Positions 48,623 to 58,892 of a stretch of DNA of 64,000 bases are shown piece after piece. Position 1 is the stretch's first letter, and every line of letters begins with the position of its first letter. The stretch is from the NCBI GenBank assembly GCA_002774425.1, contig PEYJ01000009.1, forward strand, positions 3,134 to 67,133. Reading direction: 5' to 3'. Origin of the DNA: Parcubacteria group bacterium CG08_land_8_20_14_0_20_48_21 (GTDB lineage: Bacteria > Patescibacteriota > Patescibacteriia > UBA1544). A program made the position numbers and the translations under genes. Under the pieces are notes generated by a model. It saw nothing but the letters and a program-made list of their open reading frames with translations. It did not search any database and was not told the origin of the DNA.

Positions 48623-49972
48623 ATGCGCAATCTATCCGAACAGGTACGGAGAAAATTCATAGGTAGCATCATACTGATCGCGGGAATGGGAAGCGCAGCG
48701 ATGATTGGCGCACATACCTACGTCCTTTCATCACTTGCCTCGCGCGTACCTCATGACGCTGCTGCAGTAGTGGTAATGCGCCTTGACCATGAGGAACTTC
48801 GCGAATCCGCCATACGTGCGCTCAACACCTTAGATTTGCACACCATGAGCAGTTTAGTTGCCAGGGCTTCAGAAATTGCCATCGTATGGCCTCCGGAAAA
48901 AGCCCCGGTCGTACTCATTGCTGGAACGTCCTTGCCATATGAGGAAAATTCACAGGCGGATTTTTTTGTGTTATGGCAATGGTCGGAGAGAGATAGATTT
49001 CAGGTTTTGAGCGTCGATTCATCCGCTCTTGCATGGTATGAAGCGCATCGTCCTAGTGGTGTCGCGGCGTTGCCGCGTGTCGTACGGCGTGACCATCAAC
49101 TTAACGGCTATGTGAATCCGCAACATGTTGTTGACCTATTTCCCGATCCCTTGCGCAGCAACATTGCGGTTCTCCCTCGCGGAGAAATAGAGGGCGGTTA
49201 TCATCATGGGTCCTGGCAGGTAGTACTGCGGCCTAAAGTTCGGGGTACGGCGCATGATCTTGCGCACAAGACCGCATCCTATGGTGTGCGAAATATGCTG
49301 CGCATGCGGCAGAGCGGAGATTCTCTTGTCGCAGTTAATCCTTTTACCTTCCAGCTGTCTGGCGGGGCATCAATACCCGGATTTTTTCTTGAGCTTGAAC
49401 CTCTTGCGTTATCTCAAAACCTCTATACCCGCGATATCCAAAACGCGCTTATTCCCCTGCCTGCCGCATCGCCGCTACATGTAACTTTCGCACTTCCGAA
49501 AAATATATTTTCGGATGATCGTGCCGAAATGTTGTTACAAAACATCCGCCTGATGCTCGTTGAAAAATACCCCAAGGAAGTTAATCGCACACTTCCCGAT
49601 GGTAGTGATGCCACACTCACCATCGCCTCTGACAGATTTTTCCCCGTTATAGGCTCCGCAACTACAGGCACTGCAATTTTGCGAAGTACAGAAAGTGATG
49701 AAAGATTGCTTTCCTACGAGAGCTATGGCATTTTTAACGTATTTTCCACGGCAAGAAACGGATTTTCCACGTCAACTTTGGATGTAACCTCGCAAGATTT
49801 TTCGCTACGTAATGCCGATTGCCTATTGCCGACAGAAGATTTTCCCTTCATGCAAGGAAAGATCACAACGATTGCAGGCATCTTTCCCAAGTTATCCACA
49901 TTGCTTGGACAAAGTTTTGAAAATATTACGCTTATTTTAGATAAAAATACGGTTAAGTTGTGCATAACGTAG
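48623..49972 (+). CDS. hypothetical protein (N-terminal TM, 449 aa ORFan)
   Basis: Long ORF with uniform codon usage; no homology recognised. Confidence 0.4.
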   Translation: MRNLSEQVRRKFIGSIILIAGMGSAAMIGAHTYVLSSLASRVPHDAAAVVVMRLDHEELRESAIRALNTLDLHTMSSLVARASEIAIVWPPEKAPVVLIAGTSLPYEENSQADFFVLWQWSERDRFQVLSVDSSALAWYEAHRPSGVAALPRVVRRDHQLNGYVNPQHVVDLFPDPLRSNIAVLPRGEIEGGYHHGSWQVVLRPKVRGTAHDLAHKTASYGVRNMLRMRQSGDSLVAVNPFTFQLSGGASIPGFFLELEPLALSQNLYTRDIQNALIPLPAASPLHVTFALPKNIFSDDRAEMLLQNIRLMLVEKYPKEVNRTLPDGSDATLTIASDRFFPVIGSATTGTAILRSTESDERLLSYESYGIFNVFSTARNGFSTSTLDVTSQDFSLRNADCLLPTEDFPFMQGKITTIAGIFPKLSTLLGQSFENITLILDKNTVKLCIT

Positions 49973-50130
49973 CAAGCATACATTAAAGAATATTTCTTGT
50001 GCATAACTTGTGTAACAGGTGTAGCAAGCTCGCATCCGCAAATCTTTATAAATAGCCAATATCAGCAAAAATAGTTACGTATGTTGACGAAAATATTGAA
50101 TAAATCCGTATTTCATGCTATGCTACTTAC

Positions 50131-50490
50131 ATGATCTTTCATAATCCTTGGAAAAGCTCCAAGGAAAAGCGTTCATAACAGGGTTTTGAATGCTTTTCCC
50201 TTCTCTACTCTTCGTTAAGGGTACGGAAGCCGACCCGGTACCCGCATAAAAAACAAAAATAAAAGTAAAAGGTTGCTTGTAAGAGTAAAAATATTTCTTA
50301 CCGGTAACCATAAGAATGGTAGAGAAGTTGCTTTTCCAGTCGGCAAAAAGCTCTTTGAGTTCTTATTACTCAAAATCTTTGCTGCCGCATGGCAACGTGC
50401 GGTTACAAAGTGAGGTAAGAGCTCTGGGGCGCAATCGGCCTATTTATAAACAAAGGGGCGCAGATTGCGCCCCTTTGTTGTTTTTTGGGA
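50131..50490 (+). ncRNA. candidate ~360-nt small RNA ending at a very strong terminator (putative promoter TTGAAT-17-TATGCT at 50096-50124)
   Basis: 13-bp GC-rich stem 50449-50461/50467-50479 followed by GTTTTTT. Only poor overlapping ORFs. No tmRNA, RNase P or SRP signature motifs found. Confidence 0.3.
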
Positions 50491-50631
50491 AGGGTTGATT
50501 GCTTTTCTGTTTGTGTCTGCTATACTTAAAGAACAGAAATGAGACACAGGAAGTTGGAGGCAAGAGCGTTGCGTGCTCACCCACACCAGTGTTTTGCTTC
50601 TGACCATCAATGTTTTACTTCTCTTAATATT

Positions 50632-50979
50632 ATGGATAAAACTTTTATTAACCATCAGAAAGAAAAGTTGCTTGCAAAGAAAGGCGAGATTGAACGTCTT
50701 TTGAGTTTGCGTTCGGTGCGCGATTCGCATGATACGGCGAATTTTGACCCGTTGTTTCCTGACTATGGCGACAAGGAAGAGGACAATGCCGAAGAGGTGG
50801 TGCAATTTGAAAAAAATATTGCCGTGGACGGGTATCTTGAAGAATCGCTCAAGGCGGTGAATGCCGCGCTTGTACGTATTACGGATGGGACGTATGGCAT
50901 CTGCACGGTTACCGGAAAACCTATACCTCAACAACGTTTGGAAGCCATGCCCGAAGCGGCGACCATCGCCGGAGTATAA
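50632..50979 (+). CDS. DksA/TraR-family regulator lacking the C4 zinc finger (single Cys)
   Basis: Coiled-coil N-part with acidic tip region, C-terminal ...GTYGICTVTGKPIPQQRLEAMPEAA; start assumed at MDKTFINHQ. Confidence 0.5.
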   Translation: MDKTFINHQKEKLLAKKGEIERLLSLRSVRDSHDTANFDPLFPDYGDKEEDNAEEVVQFEKNIAVDGYLEESLKAVNAALVRITDGTYGICTVTGKPIPQQRLEAMPEAATIAGV

Positions 50980-50982
50980 CGT

Positions 50983-51456
50983 ATGCGGCCGAGCATTTTT
51001 TACACAGCGCTCTTCGCAACGCTTTTTTTTATTGATCAGGCGGTAAAATATTTACTGACCAGCACCACGCCGCAAGACGCTTTACGCCAGGTGTTTCCTT
51101 TTTTTTCCCTGACCAGCACACTCAATCAAGGTGTAGCATTCGGTTTCGTGCTGGCGGTGCCTCTCTATGGAGTTTTAGTGAGTTGTGTTGTATTGGGATT
51201 TGTGTATCTGTGGCACTCCTATGCCATTCCCCTTGTGCGCGTAGGTGTCATAAGTATTACCGCGGGTGGCGTGAGTAATATGCTTGACCGTTTGCGCTTT
51301 GGCGGTATTCGCGATGTACTGTATATTCATGGCTTTACGGTTTTTAATTGTGCGGATATTTGGATTATCTACGGGGTTGGTGTGATTACGTATGTATTGT
51401 TCGCGCAGAGGATTTTTATAAAAAAAACCGCAGCGAAAGTGCCACTGCGGCAGTAA
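50983..51456 (+). CDS. lspA: lipoprotein signal peptidase II
   Basis: Four TM helices, conserved ...VSNMLDRLRFGGIRDVL... and FNCADIWI motifs. Confidence 0.85.
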   Translation: MRPSIFYTALFATLFFIDQAVKYLLTSTTPQDALRQVFPFFSLTSTLNQGVAFGFVLAVPLYGVLVSCVVLGFVYLWHSYAIPLVRVGVISITAGGVSNMLDRLRFGGIRDVLYIHGFTVFNCADIWIIYGVGVITYVLFAQRIFIKKTAAKVPLRQ

Positions 51457-51776
51457 AGAACAAAGACGTATGCATGGCGCACGCGGCGGCGGGGCGGAGC
51501 GGCAGTTTCGCTCAAAGAAATTTCGCGCAAAGTTTAGAATATCCCAGTAAAATTCCTTGGCATTGTATTCGCCTTCTCCCAAAAACCGCACCCGAAGTAT
51601 TGCGGGAGTGTTGCGCTCATCCCAGCCGCATTTGTGCGCCGAACACTCCTTGGCAAGAACTTTCTCAAGTTCTGCAAGCGACGCAACGACTACTCCCTGT
51701 TGTTCGAGCTGCAAAAGAAATTCCGCGCTTGTCGACGCGGAGGCAGAGATGGATAGTGTGGAAAATTCCAAGACTT

Positions 51777-52913
51777 TCATAAACCGCCTGAAGCCGGTAT
51801 CTTTATGCGCTCAAGCGCATCGCGGGTATATACGTTTGACGGGTCCCAGAGCATCCACGAAGTGAGTCCCGCATCATAGACGGCGCGTATTTGTGCGCGG
51901 ACTTCTTTTGCCGCATAAATTCCGCCGTAATTGAAATTTTGCAGCCATGGGCGGAGTTTTGTTGATGGAGCGGGTATCTTGGCAAGCCGTGCGGCCGCGG
52001 TACGCATGGAATAGTGTACCACCCCGTATGGATAGTGGTTGGGATTGTCATATCCGTGGAATGTTCGCGGATAGTGCGAGGGGTACACCATAGGAGCGAT
52101 GTAATCAAAATACGGCTCGGCATATTCCAATATCTGTCCGATATTGAGATCATCGCTATTGGTGGTCGTCATGCCGAAAAGATCAACCGAGAGTGGCACT
52201 CTAAGATCGCGTACATGTTCCGCAAGATACGCGAAAAAGTCTCGCAGGACGGTTGCTTTGCCGTATGCAGGATCGGCGGCAATCTTTTTTCCACTGAAGG
52301 GGTAGTGCGTATCCTTTATGTTGCCGTCCGAATGGAAACGGACATAGTCAAAGTTAAGTTCATCAAAGCCGATTGCATACGATTCACGCGAGAGCGTCAC
52401 TATATACTCCCAAAAATTGCTCGCGCCGACGTCAATGTACTGTATGTCTTTATAATCCTTCCACGGCGCAGCTCTGTCGCTCGCTTTTTTCACCGTGAGT
52501 TCCGGGTGCACTTTTGCGTAGTGCGTGTCCTGAAACACGGTGATGCGTCCTATGACATAGATGTCCTTTTGATGCAGGAATTCAATAAACTCCTTGAGAT
52601 CGGATGCCACGCACCCCGATACGCTACGTTGCATGAGCGCGGGATTATCAGACCGGAATGTGATGGTTCCCGAATAGTCTTTTATATCAATCACCAGCGC
52701 ATTGATTTCCGTATCATCGGCAAGCGCAACAATGCGATTGCGCAAACGCGGTGTTGCCGCGACACAGCTCGTCATGTAGAGCGCTTTTACCGAATTCGGT
52801 ATGCCCATATGACCGACGGGTGAAGGATGGGTATGAGCACACTCATTACATTCCTGTGCCACAGCCGTTGCGGTCAGACCGATACATAAGATAACCAACC
52901 AGTGCATCTTCAT
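51777..52913 (-). CDS. secreted TIM-barrel glycoside-hydrolase-like protein (GHL10/DUF4015 type)
   Basis: Signal peptide MKMHWLVILCIGLTATAVA; FDELNFDYVRF and surrounding pattern as in GHL10 family; start set at the internal Met. Confidence 0.5.
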   Translation of the reverse strand: MKMHWLVILCIGLTATAVAQECNECAHTHPSPVGHMGIPNSVKALYMTSCVAATPRLRNRIVALADDTEINALVIDIKDYSGTITFRSDNPALMQRSVSGCVASDLKEFIEFLHQKDIYVIGRITVFQDTHYAKVHPELTVKKASDRAAPWKDYKDIQYIDVGASNFWEYIVTLSRESYAIGFDELNFDYVRFHSDGNIKDTHYPFSGKKIAADPAYGKATVLRDFFAYLAEHVRDLRVPLSVDLFGMTTTNSDDLNIGQILEYAEPYFDYIAPMVYPSHYPRTFHGYDNPNHYPYGVVHYSMRTAAARLAKIPAPSTKLRPWLQNFNYGGIYAAKEVRAQIRAVYDAGLTSWMLWDPSNVYTRDALERIKIPASGGL

Positions 52914-53168
52914 AATTGTCCTCCACGATGATAGAATTGTTAAAGAACACCTCTCGTTTTCTGCTTTCTGCGGGGAACAGCGCAGTAGCATATCACAACG
53001 GCAGAGAAAAGCAATGCACGCTTCTCACTCATGCGCTATAACCTTCTTTCTCGCCGGCGGGTCATTTTTATGGAGAGTAAAACTTGCTTCCTTGCGGTTT
53101 ACCCTGTAGGGTAGATGTGGACGAAGACTCGGAGATTTTGTTACCCTTATATCTCGCAAGTTGTTTGT

Positions 53169-54722
53169 ATGCCCTCAACCAAACTCTATTCCGCAACCGC
53201 TTTCGGATTGGAAGCGTCGCTCATAGAAGTGGAGTGTGATATTGCCGAAGGACTCGGCAATTTTCTTATCGTCGGCTTACCCGATACGGCGGTGCAGGAA
53301 TCGCGGGAGCGGGTGCGCGCTGCGATTAAGAACAGTGGATTTACGTTTCCCCGCACGCGTATTACGGTCAATCTTGCGCCGGCGGATATGAAAAAACAAG
53401 GTCCTGCGTATGATCTTCCCATTGCGCTATCCATTTTGGCGGCTTCAGGACAAGTAGATATACATAGGACTTTTTTTGATGCCCGAGGAAACGTTATGGC
53501 GTTGTGCATCGGTGAACTTTCCTTGGACGGGTCGGTGCGCCCGGTTGCTGGCGCGCTGCTCTTCGCATTACTTGCGAAGGATATGGGTTTAACAACACTC
53601 TTTGTTCCCGAAGATAATGCGCAGGAAGCCGCATTGGTACAAGGTCTTGTAGCACTGCCCGTTACGCATCTTTCCCAGCTTGTGAGCCATATTGATAACC
53701 GCTCGTTTATTTCCCCGGCCATACCTACTGATCCGGTTCTTGAAGCCAGCGGCAATGGAAATTTGTATGATTTTGCGTACATCCGGGGACAGGAACAGGC
53801 AAAGCGAGCGCTGGAAATTACCGCAGCAGGTGGACACAATATCCTACTTTCCGGAACGCCCGGTTCGGGTAAAACGCTGCTGGCGCGGAGCCTTCCGAGC
53901 ATTCTGCCCTCGCTGCACATGGAAGAAGCCTTGGATGTTACGAAAATTGCAAGTGTGTCAGGAACGTTGCCACCCCGCACGGCGTTAGTGCGCAATCGAC
54001 CTTTTCGCAATCCGCATCATACGGCCTCACTGGTTGCATTGGTTGGCGGCGGTAGCTGGCCAAAGCCCGGTGAAGTGAGTATGGCGCATCGCGGCGTGTT
54101 GTTTCTGGATGAGTTTCCCGAATTTGCGCGGGCGGCATTGGAGGGTTTGCGCCAACCGCTTGAGGATGGTATGGTAACGGTTTCCCGCGCATCGGGAACC
54201 CTTGCTTTTCCCGCAAAATTTATGCTGGTTGCCGCGCAAAACCCTTGCCCATGCGGGTATCTTACGGATCCGGATCGCGCGTGTGTCTGCCCGCCGCATG
54301 CGGTCAGCAACTACCATAAAAAACTTTCAGGGCCGCTGCTTGACCGGATTGATATCTTTATAGAAGTGCCGCGTGTACCCGTAAGCGAACTACTTGATGT
54401 GTATGAGGGAGAAACATCGGCTGCAATACGCCTGCGTGTTGAACGCGCGCGCAGTATACAGGCGGATCGCTTCAGGGAGTATGGCATACTGACCAATGCC
54501 GAAATGTCTTCAAAAGCTGTAGCGGACTACTGTCTACTGACGCCTTCCACAAAATCCATGCTTGAACATGCCATTGTGCACATGAAGCTTTCCGCACGCG
54601 CCTATTTTCGCACGCTCAAAGTTGCGCGAACTATCGCAGACCTTGCGGCAAGCGCGCGCGTGCTGGATGCGCATGTGCAAGAAGCCTTGCAGTATCGGCA
54701 GCGCGAGCAACCTATCTGGTAA
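53169..54722 (+). CDS. comM: Mg-chelatase-like AAA+ protein YifB/ComM
   Basis: Lon-like N-domain, Walker A GTPGSGKT, Walker B LFLDEFPEF, C-terminal ChlI-like region. Confidence 0.88.
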   Translation: MPSTKLYSATAFGLEASLIEVECDIAEGLGNFLIVGLPDTAVQESRERVRAAIKNSGFTFPRTRITVNLAPADMKKQGPAYDLPIALSILAASGQVDIHRTFFDARGNVMALCIGELSLDGSVRPVAGALLFALLAKDMGLTTLFVPEDNAQEAALVQGLVALPVTHLSQLVSHIDNRSFISPAIPTDPVLEASGNGNLYDFAYIRGQEQAKRALEITAAGGHNILLSGTPGSGKTLLARSLPSILPSLHMEEALDVTKIASVSGTLPPRTALVRNRPFRNPHHTASLVALVGGGSWPKPGEVSMAHRGVLFLDEFPEFARAALEGLRQPLEDGMVTVSRASGTLAFPAKFMLVAAQNPCPCGYLTDPDRACVCPPHAVSNYHKKLSGPLLDRIDIFIEVPRVPVSELLDVYEGETSAAIRLRVERARSIQADRFREYGILTNAEMSSKAVADYCLLTPSTKSMLEHAIVHMKLSARAYFRTLKVARTIADLAASARVLDAHVQEALQYRQREQPIW

Positions 54723-54733
54723 GTACCTCCCCT

Positions 54734-55489
54734 ATGCCCCTTGCCTTAAGCGTTATTATTCCAGCGTACAACGAGTCCAAAAGAATCGGCGATACACTGC
54801 GGGACGTGCACGCATATTTGGAGAAATCCTATTTGGACCGCTATGAGATAGTGGTGGTTGATGATGGGTCAACGGATGCGACATGTGCTGTTGTACGGCA
54901 GATGGCGACTATATATTCCACGGTCATGCTGGTAGCGTCTTTGCAGAACCGAGGAAAAGGTGCGGCGGTTGCACAAGGCATGCTTGCGGCACAGGGGGAC
55001 GTGCGGCTTTTTATGGATGCGGACAATGCGACAACTATCCGCGAGCTTGAAAAACTCTCCCCTTTTCTTGCGCAAGGGTATGCGGTTATTGCTGGGTCAA
55101 GGGCACTACCTGAAAGTGTGCTCTTGCGCCACCAGCCTCGCCTGCGTGAATATATCGGTCGCATGGGCAATTGGGTTATTCAACGGCTCCTTGTAGGGGG
55201 TATTGAAGACACGCAATGTGGTTTTAAAATTTTTAGCCGAGAGGCTGCCGAAAAAATATTTAGCAACTTACGCACGCATAGATGGGCGTTTGATGTGGAA
55301 GCTCTCATGCGTGCCAATGCTTACGGATTTCGTATCAAAGAGGTTCCGGTTGTATGGCAAGATTCCGCACAAGACAGCAAGATGGCGCATATCAGGAGCT
55401 ATCTCTCCATGGCACACGAGCTTGTGTGCCTGTTGCCGCTGCGCCTCCGGCTTGTAACACAACAACCACATCGTCGCTATGCAGCATGA
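54734..55489 (+). CDS. family 2 glycosyltransferase (dolichyl/polyprenyl-phosphate sugar synthase-like)
   Basis: SVIIPAYNE, VVDDGSTD, DAD and QCGFK motifs. Confidence 0.8.
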   Translation: MPLALSVIIPAYNESKRIGDTLRDVHAYLEKSYLDRYEIVVVDDGSTDATCAVVRQMATIYSTVMLVASLQNRGKGAAVAQGMLAAQGDVRLFMDADNATTIRELEKLSPFLAQGYAVIAGSRALPESVLLRHQPRLREYIGRMGNWVIQRLLVGGIEDTQCGFKIFSREAAEKIFSNLRTHRWAFDVEALMRANAYGFRIKEVPVVWQDSAQDSKMAHIRSYLSMAHELVCLLPLRLRLVTQQPHRRYAA

Positions 55490-56408
55490 CGAACGCCAAC
55501 CCGCAGTTCAACTTATTTACGATCTCTTGAAAATACCGCTCACTATCGGAGGGTCTGCGCTGTTTTTTTGGATTTTTGCGCGCCCGCAATTGGTAGCCTA
55601 CGTATTTGGCCTGGGTTTCGGTATTATCGTATGCATGCTATTTTTTACTGCCACCGCATATCTGGAGCAGGGGTGGAAGCATCGGCGCATGTGGCAGGTG
55701 CACGAAGGTCTTGAGCAGCCGTATCAAAACTGCAAGAATGATGTTTCCGGCTATTTTTTTGCGATTGTGGTGCTCGTAACCCCGTTGTTTTTTGGCACAG
55801 AGGTTGTGCTGTCTGACTATCTGCAAGCAGGTTCCGCATTTGCGGTGTTCCTGCTCATACGTGCATCTTTTACCTCATCATTCATATGGCAGACTTATCG
55901 CGCGCAGGCACTTACAGCGCTCATGATACTCGCGGTACCTCTGCTCGCAGGTGAGACGCTCTCCTTGAGTGACTTGTGCCAGGCAGCCGCATCACTTCCG
56001 CCCCTATTTATGGTGCAACGTTGTTTTGTGCGCAAAGGTTTTACCGGTGTGCGTGCGACGCCGCGGATTATCGTAGCGTGTGCGAGAAATGAAATAGGCA
56101 TTCTACTCGCTGCATCCACGGCGCTCCTGCCAATCTTTTTTAAAGAGCCGGAAGCGCTTTCCCTGCATCTCATCCAGGGCATGGTAGCGCTCGGCGCGTT
56201 TTATATCATAGCGTACGGGTATGCGTACGTTGCCTTTTGTCGAGGATTTGCAGGCATTGCTGTTGCCGCAGCAAGCATTTTCCTCACCCCCTTTGTGTTT
56301 GGGTGGTTGCCATCACTCGTAACGTTACTCCAGGCGGCAGTGGTTGCCGTGGTGCTTATCGGCTTACAGCGTTGCCTATCGTACGGCGCGCCGAACGAAG
56401 AAACATAA
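55479..56408 (+). CDS. hypothetical polytopic membrane protein, translationally coupled to the GT2 gene
   Basis: 8-9 TM helices; overlaps the GT2 stop by 11 nt. Confidence 0.45.
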   Translation: MQHDERQPAVQLIYDLLKIPLTIGGSALFFWIFARPQLVAYVFGLGFGIIVCMLFFTATAYLEQGWKHRRMWQVHEGLEQPYQNCKNDVSGYFFAIVVLVTPLFFGTEVVLSDYLQAGSAFAVFLLIRASFTSSFIWQTYRAQALTALMILAVPLLAGETLSLSDLCQAAASLPPLFMVQRCFVRKGFTGVRATPRIIVACARNEIGILLAASTALLPIFFKEPEALSLHLIQGMVALGAFYIIAYGYAYVAFCRGFAGIAVAAASIFLTPFVFGWLPSLVTLLQAAVVAVVLIGLQRCLSYGAPNEET

Positions 56409-56439
56409 CCGCAATTCTCTGTCCGTAAGTTGTTGGTGA

Positions 56440-57903
56440 TTAGCGTATGTAGTTGAGCGGATTGATGCGCTGACCGTTCAGCATTACTTCAAAGTGCAAA
56501 TGACTTCCGGTGGAACGACCGGTTGAACCCATGATGCCAACGGTTTGCCCTTTGGCAACCGGCTCTCCTTTTTCTACCCAGAGCTTGCTTAGGTGCGCAT
56601 AGCGCGTGATGATACCGTTGCCGTGCTCAATGAGCACCTGAATCCCGTAGCCGCTCGCATTCCATCCGGAGGCAATCACTGTACCACTCTCTGCCGCATA
56701 TATGGGCGAGGTAAGATTGCCGTCAATATCCAGACCCCCATGTTGCCAGCCGTAATACTGGGTAATGACATGCCCGGAAGTAGGCCAAATCATACCAGAA
56801 ATTGTGGCATTCGTCGCACTCTTGGGAATAAGTCGTTCCACGATGCGCTCAACTGTTGTCTTTTGCGGTGTAGGCGTGGGTACCGGAGTAAATGGTTTGC
56901 GTCCCCCTGGTAAGAAGAGTTTTTGTCCTATTTGCAGGTCATCGGCATCCGCCAGCCGGTTTGTTCGGATAATTTTTGCGCTGTCCCCATCATACTGCCG
57001 GGCAATCTTGTCCAGCGAATCTCCCGCTTTCACCGTATGCCGTATGCCGGTTTCGGGTAAAATGCGCAGTACATCACCGGGGCGTATGTAGTCATACGCA
57101 CCCAAATTATTTTCCCACAGTATGGTATTCACCGAGATGCCAAAATTTTCCGCAAGTATTGAAATGGTATCGCCGATCTCTACAGTGTAATCAACAATGT
57201 CCGTGCGTTTCCCAGATGTAGTTTTTTCCATGCTGGGCATTTCTGATTTCAGCACAGCCGTATTATCCTGCGTGGTACCGATTAACTGGGCTTTTTCCAG
57301 CAAGTATTCTTCTGCAAACGCTTCTTGCGAAGTTAGCGGTACGGTTGCGGTAATTGCCGTTTCATTGCTGAAGTAGTTCACTACCCCCGTATCGGGCAGA
57401 TACGCGCTCATTTCCTGGACTGTTTCCGTTTCCATTTCTTCCGGCTGTACTAGTTCTGCAAGCAAACTTTTTTTGCCGAAAGACTCAACATCTACCCGCG
57501 TTTCCTGTGCCTGCAGATTTGCGGCGATGACAAAACCGCCGAGCATGATAAAAATTATGTACAGAAGCGATCGCTTGCCTATGATCACGCCAATCGCTTC
57601 ATCGCCAACAAAAAAACGTCTTAGCAGCATTTCACAAAAGCGCAGCGAACGGTAGAAAGGTACGCCAAGGTAGGCAAGAAAATTTTTGAGCACCGCGCGC
57701 AAGCCGTGTTGGTAGAAAAAAAGCGCTACGGCAACCGCCGAACGCTTGATGAAAATAAGCGATCGAAACATCGCTATAATGCTCTTCAGGAAAAATTGCG
57801 TAAGAGAATACCGAATAGCGCGGAGTGCGTATGCCGCAACAGCATGTAGTCCGCAAGAAAGCGGTAAAAACATGTAGTACGGCTTTGCATATTTACGCAA
57901 CAT
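56440..57903 (-). CDS. LysM-domain M23 family metallopeptidase (start codon uncertain; long hydrophobic N-terminus)
   Basis: Two LysM repeats (YTVEIGDTISILAENFGIS; HTVKAGDSLDKIARQYD) and an M23 catalytic region HGGLDIDG...HLHFEV. Confidence 0.8.
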   Translation of the reverse strand: MLRKYAKPYYMFLPLSCGLHAVAAYALRAIRYSLTQFFLKSIIAMFRSLIFIKRSAVAVALFFYQHGLRAVLKNFLAYLGVPFYRSLRFCEMLLRRFFVGDEAIGVIIGKRSLLYIIFIMLGGFVIAANLQAQETRVDVESFGKKSLLAELVQPEEMETETVQEMSAYLPDTGVVNYFSNETAITATVPLTSQEAFAEEYLLEKAQLIGTTQDNTAVLKSEMPSMEKTTSGKRTDIVDYTVEIGDTISILAENFGISVNTILWENNLGAYDYIRPGDVLRILPETGIRHTVKAGDSLDKIARQYDGDSAKIIRTNRLADADDLQIGQKLFLPGGRKPFTPVPTPTPQKTTVERIVERLIPKSATNATISGMIWPTSGHVITQYYGWQHGGLDIDGNLTSPIYAAESGTVIASGWNASGYGIQVLIEHGNGIITRYAHLSKLWVEKGEPVAKGQTVGIMGSTGRSTGSHLHFEVMLNGQRINPLNYIR

Positions 57904-57925
57904 ACGATATCATGAAGCACAGAGT

Positions 57926-58888
57926 ATGTCAATCTGTACCTATCCACGCACGCTTTATATGCATGACGCTTCCCCAAAAACGGAATTCTCCGCTTCGGAC
58001 ATTGCCAAGCGTATTTTGCGCACCGTCCTATGGTTTGACCTTTTTCAATATCCTGTTACCTCCTTTGAAATTTGGAAGTGGCTTGTCCCGGAAAACTCGG
58101 GGAACAACGTACACTATACGCTTTTTGAAATACGACGCGAACTTGTGGAAAATCCGCAACTTGTCGCGGTGCTTGTATGCGAACACGGCTGTTATCGCTT
58201 GCGTTCCGCAGACGTTCGCTCAAGCGGACGTTTTGACGCATGGGTTGTTGCAGAGAAGAAGTATCGGAAAGCAAAAAGATTCGTCCGTATTTTTTCGTTG
58301 CTGCCTTTTGTGCAAGGCATCGCTATCTGCAATTCGCTGGGGTATCGGAACGCGCGGGAAAATGATGACATTGATCTCTTTATACTCGCGTCCCCGGGAC
58401 GATTGTGGCTCACGAGATTTTTTGTAACCGGCGTACTCGCGTTGCTGCGCCAGCGGCCTACATCACTCCATGCGAAAAATAAACTTTGTCCGAGTTTTTT
58501 TCTTAGCGGCATACACCTGGATTTGCACGCCTATGCGCTCGCGGATGATTTGTATTTGCGGTACTGGGTGACGCAGCTGACGCCGCTCATCAATCGGCAA
58601 AATATTTTTTCACGTTTTCAAAGTTACAATGCCTGGGCGGAGCCGCCTGTTCCAACTATCGGGGGCGGAGAAAGGTACCATCGGTCACAACGTTTTTTTT
58701 CACTGCTTGAGTATGTATGCAAACGCTGGCAGCTTGGACGTCTTCCGGAGAAACTTCGCTTGATGGCGAAAAATCCGCAGACGCACGTGGTCATAACGGA
58801 CACAATCCTCAAATTTCACGACCAGGATCGCCGCGCCGCGTATCGTGATGCGTGGCATGCGCAGTGCAATGCACATGGTGTAGACTGA
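57926..58888 (+). CDS. hypothetical protein with polymerase-beta-like nucleotidyltransferase motif (NSLGYRNARENDDIDLFIL)
   Basis: [GS]-x9-D-x-D pattern; remainder not recognised. Confidence 0.4.
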   Translation: MSICTYPRTLYMHDASPKTEFSASDIAKRILRTVLWFDLFQYPVTSFEIWKWLVPENSGNNVHYTLFEIRRELVENPQLVAVLVCEHGCYRLRSADVRSSGRFDAWVVAEKKYRKAKRFVRIFSLLPFVQGIAICNSLGYRNARENDDIDLFILASPGRLWLTRFFVTGVLALLRQRPTSLHAKNKLCPSFFLSGIHLDLHAYALADDLYLRYWVTQLTPLINRQNIFSRFQSYNAWAEPPVPTIGGGERYHRSQRFFSLLEYVCKRWQLGRLPEKLRLMAKNPQTHVVITDTILKFHDQDRRAAYRDAWHAQCNAHGVD

Positions 58889-58892
58889 CCCT

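Noticed and set aside
50316-50498. 60-aa ORF ending inside the strong terminator
   Set aside because: Would be translated through a 13-bp GC stem and has no start context. Region interpreted as a candidate sRNA instead.
53186-54317. Minus-strand ORFs (274, 82, 92, 97, 96 aa) and plus-strand 53692..53988
   Set aside because: Antisense or alternate-frame shadows of comM/yifB.
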